From the human T2T-CHM13v2.0 reference genome, Homo sapiens, in the NCBI GenBank assembly GCA_009914755.4, contig CP068257.2:22528001-22592000 (forward strand): a stretch of 64,000 nucleotides of DNA, in the 5' to 3' direction. The notes under the pieces are model-generated. The model saw only the letters and a program-made list of their open reading frames with translations, was not told where the DNA came from and did no database searches. This document shows, in pieces, positions 27,125 to 39,724 of this stretch. A program made the translations under genes and the position numbers. The stretch's first letter is position 1. Every line of letters begins with the position of its first letter.

Positions 27125-29087
27125 ATTTATGCTATAATATTTCTTAAAATTAACTGAGCTTAAATTATGTTTATATTTTATTTTATAAAATTAAAAAAAT
27201 GCTGACCAAATATTAGTGCTTTTATTCAACTAGTTATTACTTATTCTAACTTGATAATTTTCGCTAGCATTTTGTCATTAAGATCAGATTTGTAAAAATT
27301 ACAATTTCTTTTCTTGCTATGCTTATTCACACTCTACTATGATTTATCTTTCCTAAGACCATTGTGGAGACGTTGAGTGGCATTTGAAGACACTCGTAAC
27401 AGCATCTTTCAGAGACGTATAGCACTTAGCCTGTCAGAGTTAGCCTGTCAAATTTATTCTTAAAAGTAGACAAAAGTAGGATATCTTTAGACCTCAGGCC
27501 TTATGGTTGGTTAAATTTAAAGCATCTTATAAACTAGTTTCAGTTTCATTATACTAATGCCTACGTTAATGATTTACATCTTCTTAGCTCTGACAGGAGA
27601 CAATAAAATAAATTAAGTGGTCATGTTGAGTCTAAAGTAACCTTTTATCAATTGACAGTAATTATTTGTTTGAACTTTTATTTCATTTAAACTTGCATGA
27701 ACTTTTAAATAATTATCCATATAGTCTTTCTTGACAGATAAACTTTAAAAAATAAATAGCTAGAAAGTCTTACCTGGCTTTCTTGTGTGATTGACAGTTA
27801 AAATTTTAAAATGTAGCATTTACTTTACAGAAGGAAAATACTTAAAACTTTAATAATATCAATGTATAGTCTTTGCATTTGCTATAGTTTGAGTGTGTCC
27901 TCCATATTTCCTGTTGGAAACTTAATTCCCAATGTGGTAATGAAAGGTGGGGCCTTTAAGAGGTGATTTGATCATGAGCGCTCTGCTGTCATGAATAAAT
28001 TAACCATAACTCAGCATAATAAATTAAATATAAACTCAGCATGATGGTTTTCAGGAATTTGGAATATTATGAACATGCTGGAATATGTATTTGTCAAGAG
28101 GTAGTAGAAGATATGGTAAGAATGTTGAGCTGGAAAAAGATCTGATGTCAACATACTTTCTGTAAAAGGCAAAAGAATAAATATTGAGGCATTTCAGGCC
28201 ACACACTCTGTATCACAACTGCTCAACTTTGTTATATAAACAAATGGATGGGTTGTATTTAAATAAAACTTTATTTACACAAACAGGCTAGAGGCAGGAT
28301 TAAGCTTGAGGCTATAGTTTTCTGATTCCAGTGCTAGGTAATTGCACATATGTATATACCACTGCAGATATTATTTTTGAATTGTATTTTACATTTTATT
28401 TCTATTTTTTTCTATTTCAGCCCTTGACCTAAATCACATATCTTATTGAATTAAAAAAAGTTTTAAGTTTAAAATTTTAAAATCATTTTTAAAACGTTCT
28501 ACTTGAATTTTATGTTTCAATTGAACAAAAAACAAATAAAACATGCTAAGATGGCAATGGATGAGGACATAGTCTCTCAATTTGTATTTTTTCCACACCT
28601 AAAACATTCGAGTGTTTCAGGTAAAAATAAAAAAGTTTAGAAGTTCCTTAAGCCAGATTTTCAATTTATTTTATTTTATTTATGCTAAAGTTTTAAAAAA
28701 TAATGTTACAAAACAACAGATAAAATTTGTGTTCCTTTTAACTCTTCCACAATATTTATTGTTTTTTATTGCCTTCTTCTCTTGGGTTTAATATATATTT
28801 CACGTCCAACATTTCTATTTTTAATATACGGGTCAACATTATGTATATATATCACATGTGTTACATATATATATAAGTTACATATATATTACTTTATGAT
28901 CAATGTATAGTATAGATATGTGAAGTTTGAGACATATAAATCTTACATTAATCTTTCTCTTTATTCCTTCAACTTCATATTTATGTTTATAGACAAATAT
29001 TTTTTTCTCATTTATGATCTTATTTTATGTCTTAATAGTATATTTTCTTTTGTTTTCAACTTTAATTATCTTTAAATTATTTATTAT

Positions 29088-29369
29088 TATTTTTTGAGAC
29101 AAGGTGAAATGGTACGATCATGGCTCACTGCAGCCTCTACTTCCTGCCTCAAGGGATCCTCCCACTTCAGCCTCTGGAGTAGCTGGGACTAGAGGCATGC
29201 ACCATTACGACCTGCTAATTTTTAATTTTTTTATTTTTACTTTTTATTTTGTGTAGCTACAGGGTCTCCCTTTGTTTCCCAGACTAATCTTGAACTCGAG
29301 GGCTCAGGCAATACTCTCCTCTCAGCCTCCCACGATGCTGGGATTACAAGCGTGAAAAAAAACACCTGG
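29088..29369 (-). mobile_element. Alu SINE, older diverged copy (AluJ-like), minus orientation
   Basis: ttttttgagacaaggtgaaatggtacgatcatggctcactgcagcctctacttcctgcctcaagggatcctcccacttcagcctctggagtagctgggactagaggcatgcacc...cctcccacgatgctgggattacaagcgtg. The copy is more diverged from the consensus than the other Alus. Confidence 0.85.
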
Positions 29370-30024
29370 CTATTAATTTTTTATTTATTGTTTTCATTTT
29401 TTAGTGAAACTTTAGAAATTACACATTGGAATTCCACTTTTTATGTGAATATACTTTAAAAATATTTTATTACTCAACGTTATCTAAAATGTAGCAGTAT
29501 ATCTTTCATTTCAGCAATTCAAGTAATAAAATGTTAAGTATCTTAGAGTGTACTCAGTCTAGATAAAATCCATCTACTTTTCATTTTATTTATCTACAAT
29601 TTCTACACATTTTTATCTCATTTTAACACCCTCCAAGTTTGTTGTCTACATCACTTCATCATGATTATTTTTATCAATTATTTTTATAATAAGTACATAT
29701 TTAACACACCAAAATATTTAAAATTCCTTAGATAAACCTTAATACTTCTATATCATTTTTTCCTCAAAATCTTCCATTCTAAAATTGAAAAACCATTGAT
29801 TTTTCAGTAAGAATCTGTGAAAAGTAACTCCGTTTTTATTTCCTACTCTATTTCATTGTCTTGAAAAGATTCTCTCTTATTAGGGATTTTTATATTGATA
29901 ATATTTTTTTTTAGCGTTTGAAAGGCATTATTCCATTTCATCTTATTATATATTTTACAATAGTGGCCTGATTATTAGTCCTTTTTAAGAAAACTGTGTT
30001 TTTTTAATATATATTTTCTTAATT

Positions 30025-30420
30025 GTTATGGTCTGAATTATGCCCCTCACCACAAATTCCTGTGTTGAAGTTCTAACCCCAGGGTCTCAGAATCTGACTG
30101 TGTTTGGATATAGCGCCCATAAGAGGTAATTATGTTAAAATTAGGGCATTACGGTGGACCTTAATGCAATATGACTGGTGTCCTTATAAGAAGAAAAAAT
30201 TCTGACATACAAAGAGACACCAGGGCTAAGTGTGTAGAGAGAAAAGACCATGGGAAAACACAGAGACAAGGAAGCCATCTGCAAGCCATAGAGAGAGGCT
30301 TCTGAATGAAATCAACCCTGTCCACACCTTGATCTTTCAGTTTCAGCCTTCACAACTGTGAGAAAATCAATTTCTGCTGCCTGTTGTACTTTGTTATGAC
30401 AGCCCTAGCAATACAATAAA
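30025..30420 (+). mobile_element. MST-like MaLR solo LTR
   Basis: It starts tgttatggtctgaattatgcccctcaccacaaattcctgtgttgaagttctaaccccagggtctcagaat. It continues through ..gaggtaattatgttaaaattagggcattacggtggacc..gtccttataagaag..acaccagggctaagtg..ccatctgcaagccatagagagaggcttc..ccttcacaactgtgagaaaatcaatttctgctgcc. The 3' terminus is degraded. Confidence 0.75.
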
Positions 30421-30752
30421 TGTGACTGTTTTCCTCCAACTTCCGAAGGTCTACAACCATTTTATTGAGATGCCTCTAAGTGCAGTATTTTTATTAGATG
30501 TGTGAGGGGCTTCTTACCCTTTTCTGCATAGATTATAATTTGTCTCACACATATATCTCATGTATTATCTCTCTTCCACGGACTCTCTAAGGTTTTCTCA
30601 TTTCCATCTTCTAATTGACTTGATTTTCGCTTTTGTATATGTATATTTAGTAACCAATATACTATTTAAACATGTCCTCTGAGTTTTATTTCGGTGGCTA
30701 CATTTTGTCGTTTCTAGAATTGCTATTCTGGTTCTGTTTCAAATGTATTTTC

Positions 30753-31002
<250 letters not shown>

Positions 31003-31450
31003 GTGTTTTTTCCATGATATACTATTTGTACCCTATGGAGTACCTGTTTTTCTACTTAGTTTTGAGGACTAAGACTGAGTATTTAAAATTGCCATTCATA
31101 TTACTCTATTGTGAGTTCTTGCAGTGCATAATCTGACATTCATTACATCTACTGACTCTCATAGCAATTAGCTTCTTTATGTATGTAAGTACGCATGTGT
31201 GTGTGTACTTTTCTCTGTGAGCTTTTCTTCAGAGGTGATTGTTTTCCTATAGGAGCCATAGCTACCTGAGGTAGAAATGTGTACTTATGAAGTGATGACT
31301 GTTGTGTACTATAGAAGATCAAAATAATTTTGTAATTAAAGAGCAGTTATGTTAACTTCTCAGCTCCAGGATGATCAACATCACAGATAACAAGACTTGG
31401 TACCTAACACTAACTTGGGACATGGGCATGGGGTTTGGGGTTTCATGGTA

Positions 31451-31527
31451 ATTCCTTTTCTACCCACGACCCCAAGTGGATAGCTAACGATTCCTTTTCT
31501 ACCCACTACCCCAAGTGGATAGCTAAC
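31451..31527. repeat. 39-bp tandem duplication (2 copies plus partial third)
   Basis: attccttttctacccacgaccccaagtggatagctaacg is followed by attccttttctacccactaccccaagtggatagctaac. A third gattcctt start occurs at about 31537. Confidence 0.85.
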
Positions 31528-32286
31528 TTACATAATGATTCCTTAGACTGGTGAACAGGATATTCAAATCCCCACTTCACAGATAGAATGAACTTCATGG
31601 ATTATTCAAGGACATTCAATATTTTCACTGGGCTTGGGCACAAAATAATTCACTCTCATGTGGACATTAAAATGTCAGTAACCAGGCCCTAAGGGCTGTA
31701 TCCAGTATGGCTGCCCCAAGGTTATGTGTCTTTGGTGTCCTCTACCGGCTTTGATTTGGAGGGTTCTCCTAATTCTGATACCTAAATATTACCTTTATTT
31801 TACTTTGTACTAACACTTGTTCTAGAATGCAAAATGCTATGCTTTGTGAATTTTTATATTTTTGAAGCTGAATTTCTCATATCGGCTCACCCTACCATAG
31901 GAATAAAAATTTTCTTTTTAAACTATCAGTGAGGAAATAGGTTTCAGACGAATTATACTTAATGGCAATTAAAAATCAGATTTTCTACTATGACTTAATA
32001 GGAAGTATTTTTCCAGAATAATAAGTTGAAGGAGACTTCCTTCTATAGTTTCTAAAAGTCATAGCTAATTGCTATTTATTAGTGAAGATCCTTATAATTG
32101 TAAACATTTCCTCCAAAAAGAAATTTGAAAATCATTTGGAAACTACTAATGAAATACCACAAAATTACAACAAAGAATGTTTCCTCTCGAACCACAAATT
32201 AAGGAGGAGGGAACAGAATACTGAGTCACAATGGAATATAGAGTAGAAATGCTACCTACAAATTTATATTAAGGAGAAAAAAATGA

Positions 32287-32678
<392 letters not shown>

Positions 32679-33343
32679 CTTCTTGTGTAAATTTTTAATT
32701 CAAGATTTTTTCACATTATATTGTGTTTGAAACTAAAACTATCAAAATACTCACTAAAGTGACATTTTAAAATAATAAAATTAGGGTAGATTTTAGTTTT
32801 CTAAAATGTCTATATTACTCTACTAATTTTGTAGTAAAAATAAAATTTATGAATTTAAATTCTGTATATCTTAGATTCTTATTTGACCTGAAAGGATAGC
32901 AAGGAATTAAAGAGGACTAAAATGTCAGACTGCCTCTCTAGAGAGAGTATGTCTTAAATGAGTTCATACACTGAATTGATATTAAAAATACAAAGAGAAG
33001 AAATAGAAAAAGGCTAATGACCGGCCACAGAGAACTTGCTATGAGATGATGAGCTTGGCTTTTTCAGCCTCACGTATAACTTTCTATTGCAAAGTTACTA
33101 AATGTACAGATATGACAAATATCAGAGAGAATTAATGTAATCTAGTCAGCTTAGTGTCACATGATATTAAAGACAGTATCAAAAACAGACATGAACCGAA
33201 AATTCATGCTTGTGTCAGAGGGCAAAACCAACCAACCAACAAACAAAAATAAATCTGTCCTTCACGGGTTTCTAAGAAGTTGGTAATTAAGGAAGTAATT
33301 TATTGGGTAAATTTTATTTCTTTCAAAAACAGATGTTTCTATC

Positions 33344-33982
33344 TATGATGGTTAATTTCATGTGTCCATTTGACTGAACCACAGCACCCAGACATTTGGT
33401 CAAACATTATTCTGAATTTTCTTTGTGGGAGTTTTTGAATGAAGGATACATTTAAATCAGTGGACTTTTGAGTAGAGCAGATTGCCCTTCCTATGTGAGT
33501 GGGCTTTCTTCCTTCAGTTGAAAGTCCAAATAGAACCAAAAGGCAGACCTCCTCTGAGCATGAGAGAATTAGGTTAACATATATACATATATATATATAT
33601 ACACGCACACACACATACACACACACACATATATATACACACACATATATACATATATATACATGTGTATATATATACACATATGTGTATGTGTATATAT
33701 ATGTGTGTGTATATATATGTGTGTATATATAAACATACACATATATACACATATATATATACACACTATATATGTATATATACACATATGTATATATATT
33801 TGTATATATGTATATATAACCATATGTATATATATTTGTGTATATGTGTGTATATAAATATATATGTGTGTGTATATATATATTCTCCAGAGAAACAGAA
33901 CCCATAGCATATATATACACATATATGTGTATATATATATGTGTGTGTGTATGTATATTCTCCAGAGAAACAGAACCCATAG

Positions 33983-34022
<40 letters not shown>

Positions 34023-34086
34023 ATATATATTTTATATATATATATGCGCTATGGGTTCTGTTTCTCTGGAGAACCCTAACTAATAC
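33344..34086 (+). mobile_element. MaLR-type solo LTR (TGTGATGG...CTAATACA family) whose internal (TA)n microsatellite has expanded to about 500 bp
   Basis: The 5' part, 33344-33575, reads tatgatggttaatttcatgtgtccatttgactgaacc..cccagacatttggtcaaacattattctg..agtagagcagattgcccttcctatgtgagtgggc..aatagaaccaaaaggcagacc. The 3' terminus, 34045-34086, reads gcgctatgggttctgtttctctggagaaccctaactaataca. The normally short internal (TA)n block is replaced by 33577-34047. Confidence 0.7.
33577..34047. repeat. Hyper-expanded compound (TA)n/(CA)n/(TG)n microsatellite with embedded inverted copies of the LTR terminus
   Basis: Interleaved atatat/acacac/tgtgtg runs. ttctccagagaaacagaacccatagc occurs at 33884-33909 and 33958-33983, 74 bp apart, and is the exact reverse complement of 34048-34073. 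(CA)17-18 lies at 33991-34020. All 200-aa-class ORFs at 33339-34095 (CVCVC.../YIYIY...) are low-complexity artefacts. Confidence 0.9.
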
Positions 34087-36290
34087 AGTTCTCACAGCTT
34101 CCTCACTTCTTATTTTCAGGGCTAAAATCTATGCTCGATCTCTCATTCCATTTATCTAAGACTGTAAAGGGTAAAATGCTATGAATTTTTGCACAGTCCA
34201 GTTAAATTAAAAAAAGACGAAAACAAAAATGATAGTCCATAAACAACGTTATGTTAAGAGTAGTGTTTTCACAGTCATATTTTCATTTTTTAGATAACAT
34301 ATTTTTGGATCTAACAGATTTATGTTTTAATTATTTTGAAATTACATCTATTCTAAAATACACATTCATTCCCAACTTTAATGTATTTTGCATTTTTTAA
34401 GTTGTTTGGTTGAAATTTTGGAAACATAATCCAAAACTAAGATGTTTAATATAATAAAATTCCCAAATGAGAAATGTCAGTTCAAATGCCAAATTAAAAA
34501 TCTTTTAAAGTTGTATTTTTCTGTTCATATAGATTTTTAAAAAATTTTCCAAACTGTCCCTTTGTATTTTCAAATATGTGTTATCTGTAATAGTCTTTCA
34601 ACAAATATTCATCACCCAACAATCGTGTGTATGGCTCTGGGAATATAGATGGGAAAATGGAATAAAAAATAAATTTCTACTTAGACCTTAATATTATTTA
34701 TTAAGAACAACGGGCTCTGGTGTCAAGCAAGCACGAGCTCGAATAACATGTGTTCGTTATATGGCTGCGGGCCTGGTGCTTCATCTAATAAACTTCAATT
34801 TCCACATTGCAAACCAGAGATGATAATGATATATACATACAGAGCCTCTAGGAAAATTAATAACGACAATGTGCTTAGTGTGCTCAGCCTGGCATCTGGC
34901 AAAGTATGCCTGCATCAGTGTTAACAATTATAAGTATGTTTCCTGTCTCTAAAGCTGGTGCTCATTGCACCATCCAATAAATGACTCGATTTTATCTACT
35001 ACCTGGCTTTGTCCATGCTGTTGTCATTTCTACTTTGTATAAATATCTATTCTGGAGATTACTGAGTTTTTAACAGCTTGTCAAAATCAATATTAAAATA
35101 ATAGCTTCCATATTTTATGAAGATTAGGGATAAATGGAAGACAATCTACTTTATCCTCAGTTAGACAGGATTTTACTTAAGTCCCTCAAAGAAAAAAATC
35201 AATTTTAATCTTTATCTCTGTAGTGTCTCCTGCTAATATTTTATCAACTCTTAGAAATCCCTACCAGATCTTGTCTACATTTATATGTTACTCATCACTC
35301 TTCATTCTGCATGATTGGGCTTAGTGGAGGCCACCGGGTTATCATCAGTGACAAAGGAGCTGTTATGTATTATATAATACAATTTGTCTTCTCAATATTG
35401 TCACACCCAGAATATTCCTTTTTTCATTGCATTTCTTTATCACTAATTTTAAAACGAATTCCATTGCTTTCTCCAGAACTCTCTTTACATTTCCCAAAGA
35501 AGCACTGATTTTGATTAGGAAAACAAGTCAAGGCACAACTGAATACAACATAAGAATTACCTCATGGTTTCTCAGTGCCTGTCTCCTATTTAGAAATTCA
35601 GCACTGTGTTTGCTTTCTCCAGAGCTGTATCACTCATGGCTAGATTCTTATCTACTATGACACTTAGCTATTCTTTGGCCATATTTGCATTTCTCATATT
35701 TTTGCATTGAAAATTTATGTTTCTCTTCAAACATACTACCCTCATCTTATCTTGATTGCATTTCTTCCATGTATTTTTTCATTTTCCAAGTTCACGTTAA
35801 AGGTGGTGATTTTATCTTCTGCATTTGTAGCCACCTTCTTGTCCTCTCTTGTTTTTTAATGTTATCTTTGGCGTTAATGAGTACAGAGAATATTCCATCA
35901 CCCTGTTTTCATAATGTATTCTGTTAAATAATTCATGGATTAACATTAACCACACATTTCTACTAAGAACTTTATTAATGCAATGGTTATTTCAATTAAC
36001 TTTAATTGACTAAACTGAGCATGAATCCTAAGCTCTTGGTTTTGACATCCTTCCAGTGATGATTACTTTGCATTAACTCTCCACTTACTAAAAAATCTGT
36101 GTTTAATTATACACCCTAATTTTCAGCACTGTCTGTTACTTGATTCTAACGTGATTTGAATGTTATCTTCCTTTATTTTTAGAAAGTATAAATATTATGT
36201 ATAAGAATGAAGACACAACTGTGGTTGGCTGGTGGGGAAATGGAGTAAAAACGGTAGGAGCAGCAACAGAAACATGTCACATTACTTATT

Positions 36291-36597
36291 TGCTACCGTC
36301 TGAATGTTTGTGTTCCCCCAAAGTGTAAATGTTGAAATCTAACCCCCGGTATAACGATATCAGAAGGTGGAGCCTTTGGGAGGTGGTAAGGCCATGAGGG
36401 CAGAGCACTAATGAAGGAGCTTAGCGGCCTTATAAACTCCTGAGGACAGCCATTTATAAATTAAAAAGTGGGCTCTTTTCGTACACTGTTGGCACCTTGG
36501 TCTTCCCAGTCTTCACGACTTTGAGAAATAAATGATTGTTGGTTTACGCACAACATGTCTATAGTACATTTTTATTAGTCCCAGTAAACTAAGACAA
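36291..36597 (+). mobile_element. MST-like MaLR solo LTR with internal deletion
   Basis: It starts tgctaccgtctgaatgtttgtgttcccccaaagtgtaaatgttgaaatctaacccccggtataacgatatcagaaggtggagcctttgggaggtggtaaggccatgagggcagagc. It continues ..cttataaac..cttggtcttcccagtcttcacgactttgagaaataaatgattgttggtttacgc and ends ..cagtaaactaagacaat. Confidence 0.75.
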
Positions 36598-36863
36598 TAT
36601 TATTTTATTCTTTCAGGCTTATTAATACATTGTACAATGGATTGGAGATTCAAAGGTAAACAATGTAGGAGAGACTATGGGGTTGTAAAGATTTTATTTG
36701 AGAGATAAATTATTAGCAATGCAAATAAATAAAGATGTGATATGCTCACTCATGGGGGCATGGGTTCAGAAGAGCCCATACAAATGGCTTCTATTACAGA
36801 AAAGTATGGAGAGAGCATTCAGGAAAACTTGACCTGGGAACTGATGAATGAATAGAATTGAGT

Positions 36864-36866
<3 letters not shown>

Positions 36867-36914
<48 letters not shown>
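36867..36914. repeat. (GT)24 dinucleotide microsatellite
   Basis: An uninterrupted gtgtgt... run of about 48 bp. The ORFs at 36766-36991 (THTHTH) are artefacts. Confidence 0.95.
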
Positions 36915-36915
<1 letters not shown>

Positions 36916-37959
36916 TGTCTGGAGCAAGGGGCCAAGAAAAGGTGGTGTTAGGCAGAGGAGAAACTTGGAGAAAGAACTGCTGACCAAACAAATGTGAATC
37001 TTACAAAAAAGGACAGAATTAAATTTTGTGTAGATGCTGGGGCATGGCTTGGGGTGTTGTTTGAAAGGGAGACAGGTGTAAGCTCTTGAAATGCCTTGTA
37101 AGCTGGGTTGAACAGTACCAATAGTGTCCTAATTTTGGACAATTTTGCCATCTACTGAGATCAGAAATCAATAACAGGTGCTTTGGTGAGCAATATGATA
37201 CTTCATTCGGTTTTGGGCAAGCTGAAATGGAGAAACATATTGTAGTTTCAACAAGAGACATCAAGTATATAGTAGGTTTTAGAAATTTAAAATTTGAGAG
37301 AGGAATTGAAGAATTCAGCCTGAAACTATCAATGTGCAATTTGTCAAAAAAGGTGGTGGATGAAGCCATGATAGCATCCAGCTCATCTAAAAATGAGCCT
37401 ACAACAGAGATTGTCATGAGCAGTAGCAGTGTAAGAGCATGGTAAAGAATATGAAACAAAACATGTATTTTTATAATGGAAAGAGTGCTCAGTTCTGTTC
37501 AGTGTGTTGATATTGCAAAAGTGTCTACTCTGCTATCGGGGGATGTTGGTATGAGACTTGGGAAAGCGCAGTTTAAGTACAGAAGTGGCATCATAAATCC
37601 AAATAGAATCAATAGAAGAATAAATAGTGAAATATTAATAATAGAGACACTGAGTAAAGACAGTTATTTCAGTAAGTTTGATCTTCAGAAAATGGAAAAA
37701 TCTCAAAGTCAAAATATCCTTGAGATGTAAGAAGAATTTTATATTGTCAAGTACAGGATGATGAATCCTATTTAAATGCTGAAATGAAGTAAGCTATTGC
37801 TACGGTTTGAACATTTATGCACCTATCAACATTTATGTTGAAACATAATTCCCACTGTGGTGGTATCAAGAGGCAGGGCCTTCTGGGACATGATTAATTC
37901 ATGGGGGCTCTGCCCTTAAGAATGGATTAGTGCCTTATAAAACGGCCAGTAGGAAATAA

Positions 37960-39316
37960 TGTAGGAACTTTTTTGTCTTTCCCCCCTTCTGTGACCGGAA
38001 TTGGTGGGTTCTTGGTCTCTCTGACTTCACCAATGAAGCCGCAGACCCTCGCGTGAGTGTTACAGTTCTTAAGGCGGCACGTCTGGAGATGTTCTTCCTG
38101 CCAGTGGGTTTATGGTCTCGCTGGCCTCAGGAGTGAAGCTGCACACCTTCTTATAAAGTCAGCGTGGACCCAAAGAGCAAGCATCAGCAAGATTTATTGC
38201 AAAGAGGAAAAGAACAAACCCTCCACGATACAGAAGGGAACCTGAGCCAGTTGCCTTTGCTGGCTCAGGCAGCCTGCTTTTATTCCCTTATCTGACCCCA
38301 CCCACATCCTGCTGATTGGTCCATTTTACAGAGAGCTGATTGGCTCATTTTACAGAGAGCTGAGTGGTCCGTTTTGACAGGGTGCTGATTGGTGCATTTA
38401 GGGACCTTGAGCTAGACACAAAAGTTCTTCAAGTCCCCACTAGATTAGCTAGACACAGAGCACTGATAGGTGCGTGTATAAACCTTGAGGTAGACACAGG
38501 GTGCTGATTGGTACATTTACAATCCTTTAGCTAGACACAAAAGTTCTCCAAGTCCCCACTAGATTAGCTAGATACAGAGTGCTGATTGGTGCATCCACAA
38601 ACCCCGAGCTAGACACAGAGTGCTGATTGGTGCATATACAATCCTCTAGCTAGACATGAAAGTTCTCCAAGTCCCCACCCTACTCAGGAGCCCAGCTGGC
38701 TTCTTCCCCTAGTGGATCTTCCGCCGGTCCATGGGCGGAGCTGCCCGCCAGTCCTGCACTGCAGCGCCGGCAGTCCTTAGCCCTTGGGCGGTGGAAGGGA
38801 CCAGGCCCCGCGGAGCAGGGGAGGCTTGGGCCGCGAGGGAGCCCACGGCGGGGTTGGGGGAGGGCTCGGGCATGGGGGGCTGCAGGTCCCGAGCCCTGCC
38901 CCACAGGAAGGCGGCTGAGCCTCGGAGAGAATTTCAGCACGACGCGGGAGGACTGGCAGTGCTGGAGGACACGGCCCACCCTCCGCAGCTGCTGGCCCGG
39001 GTGCTAAGTCCCCTCACTGCGCAGGGCCAGCGGTGCAAGCCGGCCGCTTGCAGTGCGGGACCCGCTGAGCCCGCGCCCACCCGGAACTCGCGCTGTCCCG
39101 CCAGCGCAGCGCGCAGCCCGGGTTCCCACCCGCGCCTGTCCCTCTACACCTCCCCGCAAGCGAGGGAGCCGGCCCCAGCCTCGCCAGCCCAGAGAGGGGC
39201 CCCACAGCTCAGTGGCGGGCTGAAGGCCTCCTCGAGCATGGCCAGAGTGGACACCGAGGCCGAGGAGACGCGGAGAGCCAGCGAGGGCTGCTATTGTCAC
39301 CTCTCATTTCCATCAG
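37960..39316 (+). mobile_element. LTR12-family (HERV9) solo LTR, about 1.36 kb, probably 3'-truncated
   Basis: It starts tgtaggaacttttttgtctttccccccttctgtgaccggaattggtgggttcttggtctctctgacttcaccaatgaagccgcagaccctcgcgtgagtgttacagttcttaagg, with a second gtggg..tctcgctggcctcaggagtgaagctgcacacc block. The unit gcaagatttattgcaaagag is followed by a CTGATTGGT tandem-repeat array. A GC-rich segment then begins ..agcccagctggcttc..ctgcaggtcccgagccctgcccc..gccggcc..cctccgcagctgctggcccgggtgctaag. All of this matches the LTR12 architecture I know. The ORFs at 38680-39351 on both strands are GC-rich LTR artefacts. Confidence 0.85.
38311..38679 (+). promoter_or_regulatory. LTR12 U3 tandem-repeat enhancer block with about 8 inverted CCAAT (ATTGG) motifs
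   Basis: The motif ctgattggtccatttt / ctgattggctcatttt / ctgagtggtccgtttt / ctgattggtgcattta..agctagacac..agttcttcaagtccccac is repeated with a period of about 40-80 bp. CTGATTGG is the reverse complement of the CCAAT box. In LTR12 elements this array is the known NF-Y-bound promoter/enhancer. Function of this particular copy is an inference. Confidence 0.5.
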
Positions 39317-39442
39317 GTAAGGCCGTAGCGTTTCCACCTTTTGTCATGTGAGGATGTAGCAGGAAGGTCCTCAACAGATACCAAATGCTAGTGCCTTGGT
39401 TTTAGACTGCTCAGCCTCTAAAACTACAAGAAGTAAATTTAA

Positions 39443-39724
<282 letters not shown>

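Noticed and set aside
33339-34095. Cluster of long overlapping ORFs (up to 226 aa) on both strands, translating to CVCVCV / [11 protein letters not shown] peptides.
   Set aside because: They lie entirely within the (TA)n/(CA)n/(TG)n microsatellite. They are stop-free because of repeat phase, not because they are genes.
37019-37459. 146-aa minus-strand ORF in non-repeat-looking sequence between the (GT)n and the MST LTR.
   Set aside because: There is no recognisable domain composition, no obvious splice or start context, and an ORF of that length is not unexpected in 64 kb. It cannot be supported from sequence alone. A protein-homology search would settle it.
38311-38679. Regular repeats of about 40-80 bp separated by variable sequence, which superficially resemble a repeat-spacer array.
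   Set aside because: This is the well-known U3 tandem-repeat enhancer of LTR12/HERV9 in a primate genome, not a CRISPR array. The repeats are imperfect and the intervening segments are themselves repeated.
39317-39330. Possible long TSD for the LTR12 insertion (ggccagtagg before, ggccgtagcg after).
   Set aside because: The match is imperfect, and the LTR12 3' end appears truncated, so a clean TSD is not expected. I could not establish the true boundaries by eye.
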